Shown: positions 1-6,889, counted from the stretch's first letter. The stretch is 7,103 nucleotides of DNA from Octopus sinensis (GCF_006345805.1 NW_021829017.1:1-7103), one strand, 5' to 3'. Made by a program: numbers and translations. Notes: generated by a model from the sequence alone, not told the origin.

Positions 1-138
1 GCTTCTTCGTTTCCGCCCGCCAAATCCCCTTATAAGGCTTTGGTCAACCCGAGGCTATAGTAGAAGACACTTACGGAAGGTGCCACACAGTAGGACTGAA
101 CCCGGAACCATGTGGTTGGGAAGCAAACTTCTTACCAC
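1..138 (-). mobile_element. tRNA-derived SINE, head region (octopus-type); lacks about 11 nt of its 5' end and runs off the window edge
   Basis: Reverse complement GTGGTAAGAAGTTTGCTTCCCAACCACATGGTTCCGGGTTCAGTCCTACTG...TCTTCTACTATAGCCTCGGG aligns directly with the plus-strand copy at 4672-4810. B-box-like GGTTCAGTCC at about 93-102. Confidence 0.9.
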
Positions 139-253
139 GGTTTTTTCATCTTAAGGTTAATTTAACCTTTAAGATGGTAAATGTTACTCATCCTCCACCG
201 AACGTGCCATATATATCTGTCTGTGTGTCTATGCTTGTAAGTGTAAATGCAGC

Positions 254-277
254 TGTGTGTGCGTGTGTGTGTGTGTA

Positions 278-318
<41 letters not shown>
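254..318. repeat. (TG)n microsatellite
   Basis: Direct reading; it also produces the HT-repeat ORF 188-430. Confidence 0.97.
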
Positions 319-320
<2 letters not shown>

Positions 321-900
321 ATACTTGTCCATTGAAAAAAAACCCCAAAAAACAGAGAGCTGAATTCACACGGTTTCACATTGAAATTTAAGATAAGAAG
401 GTCGGTAGTAATCAATCGAGGTATGGCCACAAAGCAGTCCTAGCATTGCAGAGGAAATTAGCCGCCTGATAATTCTGGTAATTAAGTTAGTTTGTTAATT
501 TTGTATAACGACGAAAACATGATGGATTACATTAATTAACATAAATAGTTATAAATTGCTAGTAATAAATATGCAATTTTCTGTCAATATATCCGCATCC
601 AACAGACAAACATATTTCACTTGAATAATACATTCAAGTTCTTAAACAATCTAAACGATAAACCAACTTTAAATTAAAATAATATGATAAAAACAATCGA
701 ATTGTCTTCTTGTTTCACTACATCAACACCGATTGGACAATGGTCGTTCACTTAAATACCTATCGAAATTTGTAAATAATTCACTAAATCACAAAAAAAA
801 AAACGCGGAGCTAAAACATCAATATTCTTTGCAAAATTTTGAACGGCTTTTGTAGCAATTTGGGATAATGTTAAATGTTCCCTTCTACTACCGAACGAGT

Positions 901-931
901 TAATATATATTATATATATATTATATAATAT

Positions 932-987
<56 letters not shown>
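901..987. repeat. (TA)n microsatellite, interrupted
   Basis: Direct reading. Confidence 0.95.
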
Positions 988-1154
988 GGGAGAATACACA
1001 CAAAAAACAACAAACAGGTGGTGTAGACACAAACGGATGTTAGTTTAACGTTCGGGAAGTGAAATAGTCATTAACTTTTCGAGCCTACGCTCTTCCACAG
1101 ACAGGAACACAGAAAGAAACAATGAGAGAAAATAAAGAAGTATAGTCACTACGA
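988..1154 (-). mobile_element. Short (TA)n-flanked element with a degenerate HHR-like motif; possible PLE-derived remnant
   Basis: About 167 bp of non-simple sequence between two TA arrays. Minus strand 1100-1077 reads CTGTGGA-A-GAGC-gtag-GCTC-GAAA. Confidence 0.55.
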
Positions 1155-1174
1155 ATATATATATATTATATATA

Positions 1175-1207
<33 letters not shown>

Positions 1208-1366
1208 ATATGTATAATATATTATATGTGTGTGTGTGTGTGTGGGTGCATGTGTGTGTGTATTTGTGGTGTGTGTGTGTGTATGTGTGTGTGTGTTGTA
1301 TGTTATGTATGTATGTATGTATGTATGTATGTATGTATGTATGTATGTATATGTGTGTGTGTGCGT
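1155..1366. repeat. Compound microsatellite (TA)n-(TG)n-(TATG)n-(TG)n
   Basis: Direct reading; explains ORF 1230-1436. Confidence 0.95.
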
Positions 1367-1574
1367 GATATTTAAATTGAATTCCTTGTTCGCGGTTCCT
1401 GTTTCAAGCCTCTGCAGTCGTTGGTTCAGAACATGATGATCGCAGTAGCGTGAAACTCATGTGCTACAAGAAAGGAAGACGTTTAGATCAAATTACCATA
1501 AACTCAGTATCTATTGAGTTCACTCTTCCTCGTTTGTGTGACAAAAATAATCTACTGCAACTAAACACAATCAC

Positions 1575-1599
1575 GCGCACGTATGCACACACAAACACA

Positions 1600-1636
<37 letters not shown>

Positions 1637-1650
1637 CATGTATATATATG
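1575..1650. repeat. (CA)n-rich microsatellite
   Basis: Direct reading. Confidence 0.9.
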
Positions 1651-1740
1651 TTTATTAATTTATAATAGAATATAAGGATAAAAATCACTTTAATGATTTT
1701 TATCAGGTAGTCAGCATGCTATAAAAATTTATAGGTAATT

Positions 1741-2313
1741 TATACGTCAAATTAATAATAATATGCAAATGTATATAACTATATTAAGGGTACAAGGGCA
1801 TATATATTAAGGGAACAAGGGCGAAAACGACCTATCTCCAGCATGCTTGAAGTGCCGAGACCTTAAAAAAAACTACCAAAAACTCCAGATAAACATACAC
1901 ATGGCTGAAAGCAGGATAATGAAAGAATATTAAAAGGACCTTACGTTAATTGCGAATTGGTTCCAATTTCTGGATTAAAACCATAAACAAGCTTTTTTCC
2001 TTCGTCAACACAATACACGAGAAATATAAATACAAATAATTGTACATACCGTGCAAATATTTGTATGTAAACGTGTGAATCTACTTTGTATCCAAGTGAA
2101 GTTTTAATCCAGGAATTGAAACCAGTTCACAATTAACGTAAGGTGCTTTTAGCATTCTTTCATTATCCCGCTTTCAGCCATGTGTATATTTATCTGGAGT
2201 TTTTGGTAGTTTATTTGAAGGTATCGGCACTTCAAGCATGCAGGAGATAGGTCGTTTTCGCCCTTGCCCCCTTAATATAATTATATACATATGTATATTA
2301 TTATTAATTTAAC

Positions 2314-2318
<5 letters not shown>
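1741..2318. mobile_element. Fold-back, MITE-like element with about 218-bp inverted arms and a 119-bp spacer
   Basis: 1741-1981 is the reverse complement of 2101-2318, with about 19 mismatches by hand count (about 91%). The left arm carries an extra 23-bp duplication. Termini are TATACG...CGTATA and the right end runs into (TA)n. Confidence 0.9.

Positions 2319-2358
<40 letters not shown>
2315..2358. repeat. (TA)n microsatellite
   Basis: Direct reading. Confidence 0.97.
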
Positions 2359-2359
<1 letters not shown>

Positions 2360-2360
<1 letters not shown>

Positions 2361-2698
2361 AAATGAGAAAATGGAGAAATATATCTAAATCAATCATCAC
2401 TATCAGATAATACCGAATCATTTACTTTATTAAAACACTACACAATAGCAATGAGATTAGACATAATACAGTACAATAATTACAATCATATGGTGAGATA
2501 TAACTGAATAAATATAACAAGATATAAAAATACAATAACATTATAACTGACAGCTGTTTCGGCCATGAAGATAGGTATGTTCCATTTAACCTATATAGCT
2601 ATATATTGCAGGTATAAATGAGACATTAACAAGAATATCTTACGGCCTCTTCGGAGATTCTAATACAAGTATGAGTACAAAATTTACAACCCCTATCT

Positions 2699-2704
<6 letters not shown>
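2360..2704 (-). mobile_element. (TA)n-flanked HHR-bearing element with 9-bp terminal inverted repeats
   Basis: AAAATGAGA (2360-2368) / TCTCATTTT (2696-2704), TA arrays on both sides, internal HHR motif. Confidence 0.65.
2540..2664 (-). ncRNA. Type I hammerhead ribozyme motif, U4C core variant, GUC site
   Basis: Minus strand: ATTAGAATCT-CCGAAGA-GGCCGTAAGATA..loop..TATCTTCATGGCC-GAAA-CAGCTG-TC-AGTTATAAT. Stem II about 12 bp, stem I about 8 bp. Confidence 0.7.

Positions 2705-2733
<29 letters not shown>
2704..2733. repeat. (TA)n microsatellite
   Basis: Direct reading. Confidence 0.97.
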
Positions 2734-2736
<3 letters not shown>

Positions 2737-2799
2737 TTAGGGTGAAAACTTGATAAGTGTAAGCACCTGTATACGCCAGCTAGTAGCAGAGGTGAGAGG

Positions 2800-3190
2800 A
2801 TATATGTATGAAATAAAATCAAAAACAGAACACAAAGGATGTCGCGGTACACGTGTTTCAAGCTTTATAAACGACCTATTCATACATCAATGTATAATCG
2901 ACATAAAGGATGGTTTAAAGCTCTCTTCAGTCGCATGCAATTGTTATACCAAAGATTTACATCACATTATGAAAAATCCGAAAGGTACATTTGGTATAAC
3001 TCATAATGATAGGTATATCAAGTCTCCTTGAGAAAGTGTGTTTGTAAACCTTCATAACCAAAGGTTTACAAACACACTGAAGGTTTACAAATACACTGAT
3101 GTAAGAATAGGTTGTTTATAAAGCTTGAAACACGTGTACCGCGACATCCTTTGTGTTCTGTTTTTGATTTCATTTGATACATACATATAT
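2800..3190. mobile_element. Fold-back element with about 96-bp inverted arms carrying an HHR
   Basis: 2800-2895 versus 3091-3190 reverse complement: 4 substitutions plus a 4-nt indel. Ends in TA/TACA repeats. Confidence 0.88.
2844..2934 (-). ncRNA. Type I hammerhead ribozyme motif, GUA site
   Basis: Minus strand: GCGA-CTGAAGA-GAGCTTTAAAC..loop..GTTTATAAAGCTT-GAAA-CACGTG-TA-CCGC. Canonical core and stem II of about 11 bp; the stem I closing pair is an A.C mismatch. Confidence 0.78.
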
Positions 3191-3318
3191 ATATATATGA
3201 CTCTCTCTCCCCACCCCACTGTGTGTGTGTGTGTACATATATATATATATATACACATACACGCACACACACACACACATATATATAAAATATAAATAAT
3301 ATATATATATGCATATAT
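3179..3318. repeat. Compound simple repeats (TA)n, (CT)n, (TG)n, (CA)n
   Basis: Direct reading. Confidence 0.9.
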
Positions 3319-3319
3319 G

Positions 3320-3950
3320 GGTACAGGACGTCACCAAACAGTAAAGAACATGAAGTACGAAAACGAGTTAAATACGCAAATAACGAGAGAAAAATATGGA
3401 AAACAGGACAAGTAACACGGAGAACGACCCTTCATCAGTTGTCGGCTGTCTATCTGCTCCCCATTTCGAGCATTCAATGACAATATGAGTCTTCGAAGAC
3501 AGTTGCTCCCATAAATTCCAAAATAAAATTTTGGATTTATGGAGGGTCAGTGTTGGGAGCAAAAACAGGACAGTGGAGGCATACAAGGAAATCGAACGAA
3601 AACAAACATGGAGGATCGTTGAACCAGAACGAGAGGAAAATAGTGAGCGCTGGGAGGAATATTTTCTTTGAAAAGAGAAAAGATAGAAGAGAGAGATAGA
3701 AGGCGTCCAGTCCTTAGAACGTTGTGCAGGAAAAGAAAGATGGACGATGGTCACATGTGAGTAAAGAGAGAAAATGAGAAAGAGGGAGAGAGAGAGAGAG
3801 ACAGACAGATAGAAAACGGTGAAGGGGAGAAAAAGGGAATTAGAGATGGGTGGGGAGGAAACAGTATAAAGAAGAGTCGCATCAAAAAGGTTAAGATAAA
3901 CGTACTTGGAAATGGATGCGTGGCTTTCAATCAAATAGTATAAATAATAC
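3320..3950 (-). mobile_element. Unclassified repeat element (long copy) containing CTGATGA core, internal hairpin 3503-3562 and a GA-rich tract
   Basis: 3320-3474 is repeated at 4002-4160. Both copies end at the same point (GGTACAGGACGTCACCAA on plus) next to TA repeats. Strand assignment is inferred from the core motif. Confidence 0.6.
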
Positions 3951-4001
3951 ACACCCACACGCATATATATATATATATATACATATGTAAATACATATAT
4001 T
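3951..4001. repeat. (CA)n/(TA)n simple repeat
   Basis: Direct reading. Confidence 0.85.
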
Positions 4002-4160
4002 GGTACAGGACGTCACCAACTGTGTCAAAAGCATGAAGTACAAAAACAAATGAGTTAAATACGCAAACAACGAGAGAAATGGGGAAAACAGGACAAGTAA
4101 CATGGATAAACGATCCTTCATCAGTTGTCGGCTGTCTATCTACTCCTCATTTCGAGCATT
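4002..4160 (-). mobile_element. Second, truncated copy of the 3320 element
   Basis: Direct repeat of 3320-3474, e.g. CCTTCATCAGTTGTCGGCTGTCTATCT is identical in both; diverged with indels elsewhere. Confidence 0.8.
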
Positions 4161-4376
4161 TGTAAATGTAAGTTTCAGGGATCGAGGTGTAGGAAGATAA
4201 GTAGCTTCGAGCAATCCGTAGTGAATATGAAAAAACCAACTTTCAGGAAAAATAGTGATTTATTGAGACGGAAAATTGCAGATTTCTTTTTCTTTTATCG
4301 AAGGACGATGCGCTGAAAAAAAGTTCTTTTTATATTCTTCGATAGGCAGCCAGGGTTGCCGAGTGTGCGAAAAAGA

Positions 4377-4584
4377 ATACAAGAGTTACGGAATGGAGTA
4401 TGGGAAATCCGGGCTACATAGGTTTCATAGCGAATGGAACCTCAGAAGTGGTAAAATCCAAGTGAGGTGTATACCGCCAAATCTAATCCAGATATCCTTG
4501 GCCTGAAGAGTAGCCGGTGGTATACACCTCACTTGGATTTTACCACTTCCACTGAGGTTCCCATACTCCATTCCATAATTCTTG

Positions 4585-4587
<3 letters not shown>
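4377..4587. mobile_element. Fold-back element with a split HHR; the right arm lacks 33 bp
   Basis: Outer arms 4377-4406 / 4558-4587, inner arms 4436-4478 / 4516-4561, spacer 4479-4515 containing CTGAAGA. The right end abuts (TA)n. Confidence 0.88.
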
Positions 4588-4623
<36 letters not shown>

Positions 4624-4660
4624 GTGTGTGTGTGTATGTATATATATATATATATATATA
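4585..4660. repeat. (TA)n-(TG)n-(TA)n microsatellite
   Basis: Direct reading. Confidence 0.95.
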
Positions 4661-5073
4661 GGAGTGGCTGTATGGTAAGTAGCTTGCTTACCAACCACAT
4701 GGTTCCGGGTTCAGTCCCACTGTCTGACACCTTGGGCAAGTGTCTTCTACTATAGCCTCGGGCCGACTAAAGCCTTGTGAGTGGATTTGGTAGACGGAAT
4801 CTGAAAGAAGCCCGTCGTATATGTGTGTGTGTGTATGTGTGTGAATGTGTGAATGTGTGTGTGTGTGTGTGTGTATGTTTGTGTGTCTGTGTTTGTCCCC
4901 CCAACCGATGCTGGTGTGTTTACGTCTCCGTAACTTAGCGGTACGGCGAAAGCACCCGATAGAATAAATACTCGGCTTACAAAGAATAAGTCCTGGGATC
5001 GATTTGCTCGACTAAAGTCGGTGCACCAGCATGGCCGCAGTCAAATGACTGAAAGAAGTAAAAGAGAAAAGAG
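4661..5073 (+). mobile_element. Near full-length tRNA-derived SINE (octopus-type) with internal (TG)n tract
   Basis: A-box-like TGGCTGTATGG (4665-4675), B-box-like GGTTCAGTCCC (4708-4718), internal TG tract about 4817-4890, 3' end ...CAGCATGGCCGCAGTCAAATGACTGAAAGAAGTAAAAGAG. Resembles the octopus tRNA-SINEs as I recall them; the specific family (OK/OR1/OR2) is not assigned. Confidence 0.9.
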
Positions 5074-5140
5074 TATATATCTATATATATACACATATAC
5101 ATGAATACGTGTATATATGTATATATATATCTATAAGTAT

Positions 5141-5386
5141 GTATGGATGAAGGCAGTTACACTGTTGAGGTCACGATCATAAATTCAAGGGTTCGATTCA
5201 GACAATCAGCAGTGGGTTGTGCATACAGTATTACGCTTCATTACTCATTTCTCCAGTCTACTCAGCTGACATTAAGTACCAGCCTACGTCGACGCTGGGT
5301 CGAGGGCTAAAGGAATGTATCCGCGGCAGCTCGTAATTACACAGGCCCTAAAAGCAATTAGTGAAATCAGGGTGCATTAAAAAAAA
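5141..5386 (+). mobile_element. Older decayed tRNA-derived SINE of a different family
   Basis: B-box GGGTTCGATTC at 5189-5199, decayed A-box near 5144, SINE-body-like CTCCAGTCTACTCAGCTG at 5251-5268, A-run at 5379-5386. The 3' boundary is uncertain. Confidence 0.55.
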
Positions 5387-5409
5387 CCATACGCGCTCGT
5401 GCGTGATGC

Positions 5410-5550
5410 CCTAAGCATGTATGAATGTATGTTCGCATGCGTGTAGGTATGAATGCATCTGTGTAAGAATGTTTATTGTGTTTGTGTATGTGCATGTGTA
5501 TGCGTATATATGTATGTGTATTATCTCTACATGTATGTATTACGTATGTA
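5410..5550. repeat. Degenerate (TG)/(TATG) low-complexity tract
   Basis: Direct reading. Confidence 0.75.
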
Positions 5551-5551
5551 A

Positions 5552-6026
5552 ATTTAGCTTCTCTTTTGGTGTGGCGTTCGTAAACCGTTCAAGTCTTACA
5601 GGCGTACAATGGTGTAGGCAGCACAATTGCTTGGTGTACCACCTTCAACTTGGTGGCCAGTTTAATGCCGTTCTTCTCCTACCCTGATTCATGCAACCAC
5701 TCTAGTGCTGAGCCTGTTTTGGTAATGCGTTTCTCGACTTCATGGTCAATATCCATAGGTCTGGACAGTGTACTGCTGAGGTATGTGAACTTGTGAACAA
5801 CACTTAGGGTTTCCATTTCAACTATGATAGTTGGTGCTAAATACAAAATCTGCGGGGCAGGTTGGTGCATGACCTCTGTCATCTGAGTTCTGATTGTGAG
5901 GTCAAAGTTATTGCAGGCAGTGGGGAGGCAGTTTATGTACAGCTGCATCTGGGTCTCTGTGGCAGCGTTGAGTGCGCAGTCGTCTGAGAAGAGGATTTCG
6001 CTTACTGAGCCCTCTTCCACTTTGGT
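5552..6026 (-). pseudogene. RTE-clade (BovB-like) LINE reverse transcriptase fragment, inactivated
   Basis: Translates as TKVEEGSVSEILFSDDCALNAATETQMQ...ACNNFDLTIRTQMTEVMHQPAP...KFTYLSSTLSR...EVEKRITK...G*EKNGIKLATKLKVVHQAIVLPTPLYACKT*TVYERH. FSDD (FADD-type catalytic motif) at 5990-5979. Stops at 5679-5681 and 5589-5591 fall at conserved Trp positions. Confidence 0.92.
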
Positions 6027-6027
6027 C

Positions 6028-6270
6028 ATGAAGAGCTTTGAGATCAACGGCGACACATAGGAAACGCAAACACATAGAGTAAGCGCTGCCTGGTGAAGCT
6101 GCAAACAAAGGTGCCACACCCTACGAACGGAACAGGATTGCAAGGACACAAACAAAACGCGAAATATGCAAGTCTTGTGCCAACTCCTCACCTTCATTCC
6201 CAGAAGAACACCAGTGCCTGAACTGCCGCAGAACCTTCCGAACAAGCATCAGCTTGGCCACGGACGGACA
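6028..6270 (+). pseudogene. C-terminal end of the RTE-clade ORF, in the opposite orientation
   Basis: Plus strand MKSFEINGDT*ETQ...AAW*SC, frameshift at about 6103, then NKGATPYERNRIARTQTKREICKSCANSSPSFPEEHQCLNCRRTFRTSISL. This matches the RTE C-terminal W-x-S...KGA...E-x-x-R...CxxC-x-R-x-F-R pattern. Confidence 0.8.
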
Positions 6271-6271
6271 C

Positions 6272-6304
6272 TGTCATAATTAGCGAAAGCGAAACCGGTC
6301 GACA
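6272..6304 (+). ncRNA. Decayed minimal type I HHR relic
   Basis: TGTC-[ATAATTA in place of CTGATGA, 4/7 match]-GC-gaaa-GC-GAAA-CCGG-TC-GACA. All three stems are intact but the core is destroyed. Confidence 0.5.
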
Positions 6305-6378
6305 AACACAATATAAAATATATTTTAAAATATATTAAAACTATGTAAAGTGTGTGCATTTTCCTTCTTTAATTTCTG

Positions 6379-6385
6379 ATATACA

Positions 6386-6456
<71 letters not shown>
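6379..6456. repeat. Compound microsatellite (TACA)n-(TA)n-(TG)n
   Basis: Direct reading. Confidence 0.97.
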
Positions 6457-6458
<2 letters not shown>

Positions 6459-6889
6459 GGCAAAAGTAGGCGTAAGACGAATATTTAAGTGCATAGTTGC
6501 AAATATATAAGTCTTATCCTACAGCTGTTTCAAATGAACAATGACTGTAGTCATAACAACATATATTATATACTAATGTCAAATAACTTTGCAGGAATAT
6601 GGAATAACACAGATATTTAGATATCCGTGATACGAAATCCTGTTATCCTCAGAATGTTATTCTCACACATTTCCATACATTCCTTACACCTAGATTTATT
6701 TATCGACCGTTTTTTTTTTGTTTGCTTTGATTTCCAAACCAGTTCGATGTATACCTTCCTTACGGACAACTTCCTTATTGCGCCGACGACTTCTGCCCGT
6801 GATGAATGATAAAAGGAGTTGATGTTTTAGTTCCCGATTTATCTGAGTAGTATAGTTTTCCTTTTTGGTAAAACATTGCACACTGTTGT
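6457..6889 (-). mobile_element. Probable decayed microsatellite-flanked element with an HHR 3' half
   Basis: Bounded by simple repeats; minus strand GAAA-CAGCTG-TA at 6531-6520. No second copy in the window. Confidence 0.35.

Noticed and set aside
188-430. 80-aa ORF with an HT repeat resembling a His-rich metal-binding peptide
   Set aside because: It is a translation of a (CA)n microsatellite. The same applies to ORFs at 1230, 1488, 3066, 3085, 3927 and 5421.
1432-1467. ATGATGA-TCGC-agta-GCGT-GAAA, HHR-like
   Set aside because: Core C3 is missing, stem II is only 3 bp with a T.T closing mismatch, and there is no palindromic stem III or consistent UH/stem I register. Compatible with chance.
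1807-2275. TTAA-GGG...CCC-TTAA suggesting a Kolobok/piggyBac-type element with a TTAA target duplication
   Set aside because: The inverted symmetry continues about 45 bp beyond both TTAA sites, so they are internal to the arms.
3061-3098. Short direct repeats as a CRISPR-like array
   Set aside because: Only two abutting copies, no spacers, and a eukaryotic context.
2750-3314. Two opposite-strand ORFs sharing KSKTEHKGCRGTRVSSFIN, resembling duplicated genes
   Set aside because: Artefact of the inverted arms. The same applies to GKIQVRCIPP in ORFs 4276-4506 and 4425-4739.
3368-3964. 198-aa ORF, hydrophobic and membrane-protein-like
   Set aside because: The F/L/S bias comes from a pyrimidine-rich (CT)n strand, it starts at GTG, and it has no recognisable motif.
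4350-4360. CAGGGTTGCCG resembling a hAT-type terminal repeat
   Set aside because: No partner inverted copy in the window; too short to support.
4661-4735. tRNA gene
   Set aside because: It has A/B-box-like motifs but continues into the SINE body and has a second diverged copy; it is a SINE head.
5679-6245. 188-aa ORF as an intact RT gene
   Set aside because: Chimeric: the N-terminal ~70 residues are the antisense of the inverted C-terminal segment, and RT similarity continues past premature stops.
5547-6284. TGTAAATTTAGC / TGTCATAATTAGC as a target-site duplication of the RTE insertion
   Set aside because: Only about 10/13 with a gap in AT-rich DNA. The left copy overlaps RTE coding similarity and the right copy is better explained by the HHR relic.
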